Source: Coleofasciculus chthonoplastes F2-STO-03 (lineage in GTDB: Bacteria; Cyanobacteriota; Cyanobacteriia; Cyanobacteriales; Coleofasciculaceae). From it: 49,261 bases of DNA. Under the pieces are notes generated by a model. It was not told the DNA's origin, did no database searches, and saw only the letters and a program-made list of their open reading frames with translations. Positions within the stretch are counted from its first letter, which is position 1. Every line of letters begins with the position of its first letter. Location of the stretch: the NCBI GenBank assembly GCA_040222015.1, contig JAVJWO010000020.1, positions 1 through 49,261 on the forward strand, written 5' to 3'. The position numbers and the translations under genes are program-made. Shown here one piece after another: positions 38,637 to 49,260 of the stretch.

Positions 38637-40079
38637 ATGGAATTTTTGTCCGATACCGTCGTGCTGTCACGCCTGCAATTTGCGGTGACAGCTATTTTTC
38701 ACATGCTGTGGCCCGTTCTCACCACAGGTATGGGGATTTACCTGGTTATCGTGGAAGGACTATGGCTAAAGACGCGCAATCCTGATTATTATTACCACGC
38801 TCGCTTCTGGTCAAAGCTGTATGTCCTCAACTTTGGCATCGGCGTCGCCACGGGTGTGCCGATGGAATTTCAGTTTGGTACCAACTGGGCATCGTTTTCC
38901 GAGGCGGTTGGTAATTTTTTTGGCAGCATTCTCGGCTTTGAAGCGTCGATGGCGTTCATGCTAGAAGCGGCGTTTTTGGGGATTATGGTGTTTGGTTGGC
39001 AGCGTGTTCATCCAATCATGCACTACGTTGCAACTATCCTGGTGGCATTCGGTGCCAACTTATCCACGTTCTGGATATTAGCCGCCAATTCCTGGATGCA
39101 AACCCCAGCCGGGGGAGAATTTGTCGATGGCAAGTTTATTGTCAGCGATTATTTTCAGGCAATTTTTAATCCCTTCATGGTGAACAGTGTCCTACACATG
39201 TTCTTTGGCACTCTGGAAACCTCGCTGTTTGTGATTGGTGGGATTAGCGCGTGGTACATTCTCAACAAACGCCATTCAGCCTTCTTTGCTAAGGCGTTAA
39301 AAATTGTTTTAGCGGTTGCGATCGCAGTCGCCCCCTTACAGATCTATATTGGACATTTAAGTGGCGAACAAGTGTATCGTCATCAGCCCTCCAAACTAGC
39401 CGCGATGGAAGCGCAGTGGGAAACCATACCCGCAGGCGTTGCCGCTGATTGGAGTCTTCTGGCATTTCCCAATGAAACCGTTGAAGAAAATGATTGGGAA
39501 ATTAAAGTTCCCAATGCGTTGGGATATATCCTGGAATTCAAAAAAGAATTGCCGGAACCCGTGTTGGGATTGAAGGAGTGGAAACCGGAGGATCGACCCC
39601 ATCTGTTAGGGTTAATCTACTATTCCTTCCGGATTATGATTGCCATTGGCTTCTTCTTCGCCGGATTAATGCTGGTGAGTGTACTGCAATGGCTACGGGG
39701 TAAGCTTTCGCCGGAAAACATTACCCAGCAGCGTCTGCTTCTGTTTGCTTGGATGTTTGCCGCACCCCTCGGTTATATTGCGGTAGAATCCGGCTGGATT
39801 GTCCGCTGTGTGGGACGACAACCCTGGACGGTGTATGGACAAATCCGCACCGTAGACGCTGTGTCTAATGTTCCAGCCAGTAATGTTTTAACCTCGTTAC
39901 TCAGTTTCATCGGGGTTTATACCCTGTTATTTTGTGCCGCTTTATTTTTCGGCAGCCGAATTATCCGCCGAGGTCCTAATTTCAACCTCCCTTTACCGAG
40001 TTCTGAAACTCAAGCAGGAGTCAACACTAAGCCGGGACAATTTATTCCCGATGAACGTCCCCTAGAAACGCAACAGTAG
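38637..40079 (+). CDS. cydA: Cytochrome bd ubiquinol oxidase subunit I
   Basis: Motifs SRLQFA..FH, EFQFGTNW, ANSWMQTP, QPSKLAAME and GRQPW. Confidence 0.96.
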   Translation: MEFLSDTVVLSRLQFAVTAIFHMLWPVLTTGMGIYLVIVEGLWLKTRNPDYYYHARFWSKLYVLNFGIGVATGVPMEFQFGTNWASFSEAVGNFFGSILGFEASMAFMLEAAFLGIMVFGWQRVHPIMHYVATILVAFGANLSTFWILAANSWMQTPAGGEFVDGKFIVSDYFQAIFNPFMVNSVLHMFFGTLETSLFVIGGISAWYILNKRHSAFFAKALKIVLAVAIAVAPLQIYIGHLSGEQVYRHQPSKLAAMEAQWETIPAGVAADWSLLAFPNETVEENDWEIKVPNALGYILEFKKELPEPVLGLKEWKPEDRPHLLGLIYYSFRIMIAIGFFFAGLMLVSVLQWLRGKLSPENITQQRLLLFAWMFAAPLGYIAVESGWIVRCVGRQPWTVYGQIRTVDAVSNVPASNVLTSLLSFIGVYTLLFCAALFFGSRIIRRGPNFNLPLPSSETQAGVNTKPGQFIPDERPLETQQ

Positions 40080-40087
40080 GAGGTTGT

Positions 40088-41101
40088 ATGGAAACATTAT
40101 CCTATTTTCTTCCCCAAGTTTGGTTTGCCATTTTAGCATTGTTTCTCTTCCTCTACGTGATGCTAGATGGATTTGATTTAGGGGTGGGTATTTTATCGCT
40201 GACTTCTTCAACTGAGGAGCGTCGTGGTATTTTAATGACCAGTTTGGGTAATGTTTGGGATGCCAACGAAACCTGGCTGGTGATTATGGGAGGGGGTTTG
40301 TTTGGGGCATTTCCCTTAGCCTACGGTACAATTTTAACTGCCTTGTACATCCCAATTTTATTGATGGTTTTTGGGTTTATCTTTCGGGCGGTAGCGTTTG
40401 AGTTTCGTGAACAAGCGGATCGGAAGTTCTTCTGGAATTTAGCCTTTGGTGTCGGAAGTTTTAGCGCCGCACTGGGTCAAGGATTTGCCTTGGGTGCTGT
40501 ACTATCCGGGATTACGGTTGATGAAGCGGGTCATTTTATTGGCGGGACTTGGGATTGGCTCACTTGGCAATCTGTTCTGATGGCGTTGACTTTGATTCAA
40601 GGGTATGTGTTAATTGGCTCAACGTATTTGGTTTTGAAAACAGAAGGGGAATTACAAGCTATCCATTACAAAACAGCCAGAATTGCCGCAATCACCACAC
40701 TAATTGGCGCGATTGTAATTACGATTACCACACCCATCTTTTATGAGTATGCGCGATCGCGTCTCTTTGCTCAACCTCAAGTGTATATCTTCGCTGCCAT
40801 CCCTCTCCTGGGAATTACGTTGATTTGGCTACTTTGGAGAAGTCTGGAGCGACAGGAAGAGAGAACGCCATTAATTTGGACAATTCTCCTGTTTTTACTG
40901 ACATTCCTGGGATTAGCATTAGTTGTGTTTCCCTACATCATCCCCACTCAGATCACCATTTATGATGCCGCCGCTGACCCCAGTGCGTTGGTGTTCATGA
41001 TCATCTTTATCGGTGTTTTGATTCCGATTATGTTGGCATACAACATCTATCAATACATTGTGTTTCGGGGTAAGGTTAGGGGTGAACATTATGGGGAATA
41101 G
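40088..41101 (+). CDS. cydB: Cytochrome bd ubiquinol oxidase subunit II
   Basis: Motifs LDGFDLG, WDANETW and RAVAFEFR. Confidence 0.95.
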   Translation: METLSYFLPQVWFAILALFLFLYVMLDGFDLGVGILSLTSSTEERRGILMTSLGNVWDANETWLVIMGGGLFGAFPLAYGTILTALYIPILLMVFGFIFRAVAFEFREQADRKFFWNLAFGVGSFSAALGQGFALGAVLSGITVDEAGHFIGGTWDWLTWQSVLMALTLIQGYVLIGSTYLVLKTEGELQAIHYKTARIAAITTLIGAIVITITTPIFYEYARSRLFAQPQVYIFAAIPLLGITLIWLLWRSLERQEERTPLIWTILLFLLTFLGLALVVFPYIIPTQITIYDAAADPSALVFMIIFIGVLIPIMLAYNIYQYIVFRGKVRGEHYGE

Positions 41102-41332
41102 CAGAGTTAATTTTTCACTATAAGTCTGCCCAACCCCGTAATCCCAGAAAAACGCTGTAGGGGCGACCCGCTTGCATCAATGAACAAACCAAGTCCACTC
41201 AATTGGATCGGGTCGCCCTTTACTTTCAGATACGTTTTGAGCCAAAAATTAAATAATATTATGTCCAGTTGTTTTCACAAGCTATTTAAGCCCCTAGTTA
41301 GCCTGTTGGGTTTCGCTTACGCTCTACCCAAC

Positions 41333-42406
41333 CTACGAGAAAATTTGTTCACTGGACGAATCGCACCACTCCAACACTCGATTCCACGCCCACCAGCAGT
41401 CCGGATCTTGATAGTCACGCTGACAAGCACGAGAACTAATATAACCGACATGACCCCCCTGTTTTGTCACCCTTAAGTCAATCGCGTGATTATCCCCACA
41501 AACTGCTTGTAAGTCGGGAATAATCGTGGGATCAAACATCGGATCATCGGCGGCATAAAGAATCAGCGTCGGTTTGTTCAAGTGGGGTAAAATATACAGC
41601 GCACTCGTGGCATCATAATACTCGTCCACCGAGGAAAACCCCAATCGCTTAATCACTAGCTCATGATCAAATCCCCAAATACTGTTTGCCCGTTCAATTG
41701 CTTCTGGATCGATGTCTTGGGGATGAGCCTGATAGAGACGCCATGCAAGTTTTTTCAAAGTTCGGGCGACAGATTGTTCTAAATACCGCCCCAACGGATG
41801 GTTTAACAGATACGTCAGAGAACGGTGAGAATCCAGACTGGGACAAATAACCGCACCACCGCCAATCTCTGACTCATCTAATCCTACCGCCTCTGGCAAA
41901 CTCGCGATCGCTTGAGCTGATTTAATCCCCCAAAGCGCTAATTGTCCGCCGAGTGAATAGCCTGTAAACCAAAACGGGGCGGGACATCCCATGGCTTTTG
42001 CTTGCGCTGCAATCAGGACAAAATCATCACCCTCGTACAAACCATCGGAGGTTAAGGTTGGTGACAACAAAGCTGTTTTTCCATGGGCTCGCCAATCAAA
42101 TAGCACCACCGCATAGCCTTGAGCAAAGGCTTTACGCCCCAGCAGTCTCAGATACCATTGGTTATCCAAATCCCCAGTAATGCCATAAGTTCCCACAATT
42201 GTCCCCTTAGCACGTTCGGGAATGGCGACAATCCCAAAAATCGGTACATTTTGAGCGCCGCGAAAAATTTTCTCCTGATAGGAGGGTTCTGGGAAAGGAA
42301 CCATCGCTTCCCAATCACGGGAGGATCTAAACGCCAGGTGCAGGGTCATCGCCAGACCATTATTTAACCACCATGGGGAATGAAAGTGTTTTTTGTCCTT
42401 TGTCAT
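41333..42406 (-). CDS. YheT-like alpha/beta hydrolase
   Basis: Catalytic triad GYSLGG / DDP / GGHVG. Confidence 0.85.
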   Translation of the reverse strand: MTKDKKHFHSPWWLNNGLAMTLHLAFRSSRDWEAMVPFPEPSYQEKIFRGAQNVPIFGIVAIPERAKGTIVGTYGITGDLDNQWYLRLLGRKAFAQGYAVVLFDWRAHGKTALLSPTLTSDGLYEGDDFVLIAAQAKAMGCPAPFWFTGYSLGGQLALWGIKSAQAIASLPEAVGLDESEIGGGAVICPSLDSHRSLTYLLNHPLGRYLEQSVARTLKKLAWRLYQAHPQDIDPEAIERANSIWGFDHELVIKRLGFSSVDEYYDATSALYILPHLNKPTLILYAADDPMFDPTIIPDLQAVCGDNHAIDLRVTKQGGHVGYISSRACQRDYQDPDCWWAWNRVLEWCDSSSEQIFS

Positions 42407-42475
42407 TTGTTATTCGTCGATTGTTTTTTCATGATTTATGATTAAGATTCATTATTTAAACGATATAAATAAGTT

Positions 42476-43603
42476 ATGAAACGTCGAAATATTCTAAAGT
42501 ATACAACAATCGGTGCGGCTGGGGCTAGTCTCAACGCCTGCCGTAAAAAAATACCTCAACCCCCATCAAAACCTGCTCAACCGATCATTAATTGGCGCAT
42601 GGCAACAAGTTGGGATCGCTATTTTGAAATCTTGTTTGAGGGCGTTGAAACATTATGTCGCTCCGTTAGCACGATGACGGAGGGACGCTTTACGATTACC
42701 CCTTATCCGGGTGGTGATTTAGCCCCACCTCTGGAAGTATTTGATGCGGTGTCCAAGGGAACTGTTGAATGTTGTCACACGAATACGTTCTACTCCTTCC
42801 AGAAAAGTCCCGCCCTCGCCTTTGGCACTACCCTACCTTTTGGTTTAAACGCTCAACAGCAAAATGCTTGGCTCTACAAAGGTAAAGGGTTAGACGCCTT
42901 GCAAAAGATTTTTTCCGAGTTTAATCTCGTCGGATTTCCGGCTGGCAATTCAGGCACACAAATGGGGGGATGGTTTCGGCGAGAAATTAACACCGTTGCT
43001 GATTTAAAGAACTTGAGAATGCGGCTTCCTGGGCTTGGGGGACAAATTATGAGCCGTTTGGGTGTCAATGTTGTAACGATCGCCGGTCAAGATATCGTAC
43101 CTGCTTTGTTAGAAGGAAGCATCGATGCGGTGGAATGGATTGGTCCTTATGACGATGATACCCTAGGACTACAGAGAGCTGCCCCTTACTACTATTATCC
43201 AGGATGGTGGGAACCGGGAACCACGTACATGGTGCTGGTAAATCAGGCGGAGTGGAACAAACTTCCCTCAGACTATCAAGCCATTTTCCAAACAGCGGCG
43301 GCTGAAGCCAATTTAAAAACGTTAGCTCGATATAATGCCGTTAATGGTGAAATTTTAGAGCGATTTCTGTTAGGGGGAACAAAGTTAATGCCCTTTAGCC
43401 GAGAGATTTTAGACACCGCTCGGAAAACAGCATTTGAACTCTATGAAGAAATCGCGAGTCAGGATGCTACATTCCGAGACGTTTACAGTCAATGGCAAGC
43501 TTTTAGGGAGCAGCTTTTTGAATGGAATCGAGTTAGTACGTTGAGTTTCACGGATTTTGCGTACACAACTATTGATAATCAGGAAATAGGGGTTCTTCCG
43601 TAG
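42476..43603 (+). CDS. TRAP transporter substrate-binding protein (DctP/TakP-like), Tat lipoprotein
   Basis: KRRNILK twin-arginine signal, LNAC lipobox, WRMATSW, GNSGTQMGGWF and YYYPGWWEP. Confidence 0.88.
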   Translation: MKRRNILKYTTIGAAGASLNACRKKIPQPPSKPAQPIINWRMATSWDRYFEILFEGVETLCRSVSTMTEGRFTITPYPGGDLAPPLEVFDAVSKGTVECCHTNTFYSFQKSPALAFGTTLPFGLNAQQQNAWLYKGKGLDALQKIFSEFNLVGFPAGNSGTQMGGWFRREINTVADLKNLRMRLPGLGGQIMSRLGVNVVTIAGQDIVPALLEGSIDAVEWIGPYDDDTLGLQRAAPYYYYPGWWEPGTTYMVLVNQAEWNKLPSDYQAIFQTAAAEANLKTLARYNAVNGEILERFLLGGTKLMPFSREILDTARKTAFELYEEIASQDATFRDVYSQWQAFREQLFEWNRVSTLSFTDFAYTTIDNQEIGVLP

Positions 43604-43689
43604 TTGGTGTACAGTTAAATGCGTTTAATTCTCCAACCCTTGCTCGCTTACAATGTTATCAAGTTTTGGTTGAACATCTTTCCTATTCC

Positions 43690-43986
43690 TCACTTAGATG
43701 TGGGCTTAAATCGTTTAATAACATAGTTTTGCAACCATTGTTGCAAATCATCTGGGGTTGAAAAGTCTAGCATAGCATCTCCGAGGTCTTCTAATTGCTT
43801 TAAAGTCAACGCCTCAATTTCTACTTGTATCTCAGGGGAAATTTGTTCCAGGCGACGATTTAATAGACGCAGGATAATTGCTCTCTCTCCTTCTTGGCGA
43901 CCTTCTTGACGACCTTCTTGACGACCTTCTTCTTTCGCTTCTTGATAAAAACGGGTTTGTTGAGCCTCAGCAACAATCTCTAACAT
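43690..43986 (-). CDS. Putative intragenic small protein (RpnS-like antitoxin, 98 aa)
   Basis: Internal SD GGGAGGAG (43996-44003) lies 9 nt before an in-frame ATG at 43986, just ahead of the EGRQ repeats. Confidence 0.55.
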   Translation of the reverse strand: MLEIVAEAQQTRFYQEAKEEGRQEGRQEGRQEGERAIILRLLNRRLEQISPEIQVEIEALTLKQLEDLGDAMLDFSTPDDLQQWLQNYVIKRFKPTSK

Positions 43987-44328
43987 CGCGATAATCTCCT
44001 CCCGAGTCAACTGCGGGAACTTATAAACCATTGTAGTGATGATTAACTCTATTATTAACCCTGGCGGCAAATCAGGATCGCTTTGTGCTTGTTCAAGTAA
44101 CTGCTTTGCCAAGTTGGGTGCATTCTTGGGGGAAGCTACAATCAATTGCAGCAGACCAAGACTCAAGGGTCGGTTCTCTTGGTTGCTCAATTCATTCAAG
44201 TAGAAACGCCGCACTTGTGGGCTATTGAGTAATGCCCGATACAAATGGGTTTGGATGGGTTCTAAACTCCGACGGGGAAAGAGAACCACCGCTTGCCAAT
44301 CGGCTATAGTTGGATTTTGTTCCAAGTA

Positions 44329-44430
44329 TAGCAACCGCCATGGCTGTTAGGACACATCATTTATGTAGAGACCAAACATGGACGGTCTCTACAATGGTGC
44401 CGAACGTCCTAATCGATGTGTCTATTGCTA
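44329..44430. mobile_element. 102-bp MITE with TA target duplication and an internal GTAG palindrome
   Basis: TA|TAGCAA...TTGCTA|TA, with internal GTAGAGACC...GGTCTCTAC. Confidence 0.88.
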
Positions 44431-44811
44431 TACATGAAAATTTCTGCAAATAGCCGATGGTACAGTAAGGGGTCATCTTGGAACTGAAATTCAGCGAAGA
44501 AAACGGGTAAATTGGGTGGGTCTGGGGGCGGTAAAAACACCCCGTCAATACGGTGAGCCGTTTGCTTGATTTCGATAGACTTAAACTCATATCCTTGAAA
44601 GTCTGGCTGACCAATGAGTTCAAAAAAAATCGAGGGAGCCGTTTTGAAAATTCGGTAGAGAAGGGAGTCAGTTTTCACAGCAATCAGGTCTAAGTATTCG
44701 CCGTTGGTATCAATTCTAAACGTTTCATTTCAGTATAGGTAGCGATCAAGATGATCGCACTACAAGGTTTAAATGCCGAACAACTGAAAAGGCTTTCCCT
44801 GACATACTCAT

Positions 44812-45285
44812 TCAATGACTGGAAAAAGCTAAAAGGTATTCTTTATGAATCTCAACTTCTTGTTTTATAAATCCACTAAATTTTGCCTTGCTTTTCGTAA
44901 ATTTAATCTTATTTTCACCTTCACAGTAAGAGTAAATCGGTGGATCATCCCCTTCAGAAAGGATAAAAAAGCTAAACTGATACCCCTGGTGCATGAAGAA
45001 AACAAAAGCATCATTGGGTAGGGGTTTATGGAAATTATTTTCCTCTAATAACTCTATAGCCCATTCTCTCAAATAGGGGAGATGCTTAAAAAAGCAGTCA
45101 GATCCGCGCAAGAATTGACCCGCACTATGCCCCATCTCCAGGAGAAATTCTTGATAGGCTTTGGGTAGAGAAATCCCTAACTCCTGTTCAAGTTTACTGA
45201 TTTCGGAAGCTGTACACCAAACTAACTCATCTGGCTGTACCAGTCCTAGTTGTTGTAGCTGTTGTTTAACTGTATCTAAATACAC
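44812..45285 (-). CDS. SMI1/KNR4 (SUKH) family immunity protein
   Basis: Motifs EISKLEQELGISLPKAYQEFL..G, HQGYQF and DDPPIY. Confidence 0.88.
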   Translation of the reverse strand: MYLDTVKQQLQQLGLVQPDELVWCTASEISKLEQELGISLPKAYQEFLLEMGHSAGQFLRGSDCFFKHLPYLREWAIELLEENNFHKPLPNDAFVFFMHQGYQFSFFILSEGDDPPIYSYCEGENKIKFTKSKAKFSGFIKQEVEIHKEYLLAFSSH

Positions 45286-45433
45286 ATCTATATCCTCGAT
45301 TCAATCTTGCATCAATAATATCTCTTAAGTTTAATCACTGCATCCCAAGTTTTTGAGAATAGGGGGAGAGATGGGACTCATTATGCGTCTTTCCTCATAC
45401 TATCTCCCCCCCCATCCTCTCCATAATTAGCAA

Positions 45434-45844
45434 TCAAACGGTATTGACATCGTTGATGTTCAGGGCGATGTTTGGAAACCGCTGACGAAATTGCTCGATG
45501 ACGTAGCTACAGGATACACAAGGCGGTCGTTCCGTGACTAGATTGACAGTACCTTGAATCTCTGGAGTTTGGGCATATCGAGAAGCCAATTCCTCAAGAA
45601 GTTTATACTCACTATCATAAGCTCGTGAATGTCCAGGAGGAAATTCAAAGGTTTCAAATAAAGGCTGCTGAGGTAAGCTAATAGTTCCGGGACGAATTGC
45701 CTGACCACTGACGGCAGTGAGTTCACCACTGTCATTTCCAATCTGAAACTCAGCAATAGCAATATTTCGGCGCTGTCATATCCCCAACTCATGCCGAAGC
45801 TGAGCAAGGCGAATACGCCAGCGTTCTGGGTTATTCTTTGCCAT
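45434..45844 (-). pseudogene. Stand-alone toxin-type deaminase (BURPS668_1122 / Toxin-deaminase-like) with one in-frame TGA
   Basis: Manual translation gives 137 codons: MAKNNPERWRIRLAQLRHELGI*QRRNIAIAEF...AVSG...HSRAYDSEYKLLE...GTVNLVTERPPCVSCSYVIEQFRQRFPNI...*. It has the RxxDSE and PCxxC motifs. Confidence 0.8.
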
Positions 45845-46042
45845 GTTAAGTTAATTTAGTTAAGTTAATTTAGTGATTTAGTACAGAAGTTAAAATAATA
45901 GTCCACTTAATACTATAGCGCTTTTTAATGTGTTTTGCCTTCTTGAAGCAGCAGCAGAGGCGCTAAGAGATAATTTCTAGCTAGTAGCTGGAAACGAGAT
46001 GAAATAATGAGACTAAATAGAAAAATTTTTGCTCAATTGGGC

Positions 46043-46070
46043 GTAGGGGCAATTCATGAATCGCCCCTAC
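46043..46070. repeat. GTAG-REP palindrome downstream of groEL
   Basis: GTAGGGGCAATTCATGAATCGCCCCTAC. Confidence 0.85.
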
Positions 46071-46081
46071 ACCATCAGCGA

Positions 46082-47758
<1,677 letters not shown>

Positions 47759-47839
47759 TTACTAATTGTTATGATTTCATCATTCAGGAGAGTTGCCAGA
47801 GAACTGGCTTGTATACTCCTGAACGTTTAGGGATCACGA

Positions 47840-48151
47840 TTAAGAAACGACAGCGAGGATGTCTTTTTCTGAAAGCAGAACATACTCTTCGTTGCCTAGC
47901 TTGATATCAGTACCGGCATACTTGGAGTAGAGAACTTTATCGCCAATTTTGACTTCCAGTTCCGAGCGAGAGCCATCATCGTTGCGCTTACCAGGACCGG
48001 TGGCGACAATTTCCCCGATTTGAGGCTTCTCCTTAGCGTTGTCGGGTAACAAGATGCCACCTGCAGTTTTTTCTTCAGCGGCACTGACCTTGACAAAAAC
48101 GCGATCGCCTAATGGCTTGACTGTAGAAACACTCAGAGATACGGCTGCCAT
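47840..48151 (-). CDS. groES: Co-chaperonin GroES
   Basis: Motifs [16 protein letters not shown] and YAGTDIK. Confidence 0.98.
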   Translation of the reverse strand: MAAVSLSVSTVKPLGDRVFVKVSAAEEKTAGGILLPDNAKEKPQIGEIVATGPGKRNDDGSRSELEVKIGDKVLYSKYAGTDIKLGNEEYVLLSEKDILAVVS

Positions 48152-48210
48152 TGAATTCCCTCCTAATTAGCGTAGTTTAGTCTTACTTTGCACTTTCTGC
48201 TGTCGAGTGA

Positions 48211-48237
48211 TTAGCACTCTCTGCTTCTGAGTGCTAA
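48211..48237. promoter_or_regulatory. CIRCE element (HrcA operator)
   Basis: Perfect TTAGCACTC-N9-GAGTGCTAA. Confidence 0.97.
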
Positions 48238-48265
48238 TTTACTCAACTTAGGCATGAAACTGCAA
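48236..48265 (-). promoter_or_regulatory. groESL sigma70-type promoter
   Basis: The minus strand reads TTGCAG-N18-TAAATT, with the -10 overlapping CIRCE. Confidence 0.65.
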
Positions 48266-48276
48266 TCAATTTCCGG

Positions 48277-48292
48277 GTACGGGTTCCCGAAC
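48277..48292 (-). promoter_or_regulatory. K-box of cyanobacterial groESL
   Basis: The minus-strand GTTCGGGAACCCGTAC fits GTTCGG-NNAN-CCNNAC. Confidence 0.8.
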
Positions 48293-48431
48293 TAAAGGAT
48301 GGGGGTTTAGGATTTGGGGTGTCGGGTGTCGGGTGTCGGGGAGTAGAGACGCGCCATGGCGCGTCTGGGAGCCTCAAGAGATGTAGTGAAGCGTTACCCT
48401 ACAGGATAGTGGAGGATAGTGGGAATTTTTA

Positions 48432-48986
48432 GTGGGTAAGACGAGCAAGATGAATAGAGCCTCAGACAAAACGCTGTTAGCCAAAAATGTAAATAGCCTC
48501 GGACTGAATCAAATTCAACGCCATGTTTTGCTATGCGCTGACCAGACTAAACCGAAGTGCTGCTCTAAACAAGCGGGTCTTGATTCCTGGGACTACTTAA
48601 AAACTCGTCTGAAACAGCTTAAGCTGGATCAACCCACTCAGGAGCGACCAAGCTGCATCTTCCGTACCAAAGCTAACTGTCTGCGCGTCTGTGCGAGTGG
48701 TCCAATTCTGGTGATTTACCCGGATGGTGTTTGGTATCGTAACGCGACGCCAGAGGTGATCGAACGCATTATTCAAGAGCATCTCATTGGCAACAAGATT
48801 GTGGAAGACTATGCTTTTTTGGTTCATCCTCTCCCACAAAGCGATCGAGTTCCTATCTCCGACGCAGCAGGAGCTAAAAGAGCCAACCGTAAATCCCAAC
48901 CGCAGATAACTCCTGAAAAAGTTGCCAGTGTAGATCAACCGAAAAGCCTTTGGAGCAAGATTGTCCAGCGCTTCTGGAAAGATTAG
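48432..48986 (+). CDS. Thioredoxin-like (2Fe-2S) ferredoxin
   Basis: Motifs HVLLC...KCC...[20 protein letters not shown] and EHL. Confidence 0.85.
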   Translation: MGKTSKMNRASDKTLLAKNVNSLGLNQIQRHVLLCADQTKPKCCSKQAGLDSWDYLKTRLKQLKLDQPTQERPSCIFRTKANCLRVCASGPILVIYPDGVWYRNATPEVIERIIQEHLIGNKIVEDYAFLVHPLPQSDRVPISDAAGAKRANRKSQPQITPEKVASVDQPKSLWSKIVQRFWKD

Positions 48987-49155
48987 CGCAGCATGGCGCA
49001 AATACTTGAGCAGTTCGTTCTCAGGCACAGAAGCTGTTGCTTTTTTTGCCACAGTGTATAAGTTCTTGCCTATTTAGTTTTCGGGTTCGCTAGACTAACA
49101 TAGGACGAGATATATCTAGACTTGAACAGACCCTAACTAATTGCAAGCAATCTAG

Positions 49156-49260
49156 TTAGGGATTCTCCCCTGCTGTTACCACGAAGAGCCGCTGTTCTCG
49201 GTGAATACCAGGAACTTCTGCCTTGGCATTCCTCCTCGCCATTTCTGCTAAGGAGTTAAG
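49156..49260 (-). CDS. Possible 3' end of a gene entering from beyond the window
   Basis: The only minus frame open from the window edge reads LNSLAEMARRNAKAEVPGIHREQRLFVVTAGENP*. Confidence 0.3.
   Translation of the reverse strand, partial: LNSLAEMARRNAKAEVPGIHREQRLFVVTAGENP

Larger units (their letters stand above)
43690..44678 (-). pseudogene. Rpn-family (DUF2887 + DUF4351) PD-(D/E)XK nuclease interrupted by a MITE
   Basis: The N-part MKTDSL...RIDGVF...AEFQFQ...EIFMY and the C-part YLEQNP...EGRQEG repeats join in frame once 44329-44430 and one TA are removed. Confidence 0.88.

Noticed and set aside
44357..44623. 88-aa alternative minus-strand ORF
   Set aside because: It is an off-frame overlap of the Rpn N-terminal fragment and the MITE.
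45538..45807. 89-aa minus-strand ORF in the supplied track
   Set aside because: It is an alternative frame overlapping the deaminase pseudogene, which carries the recognisable motifs.
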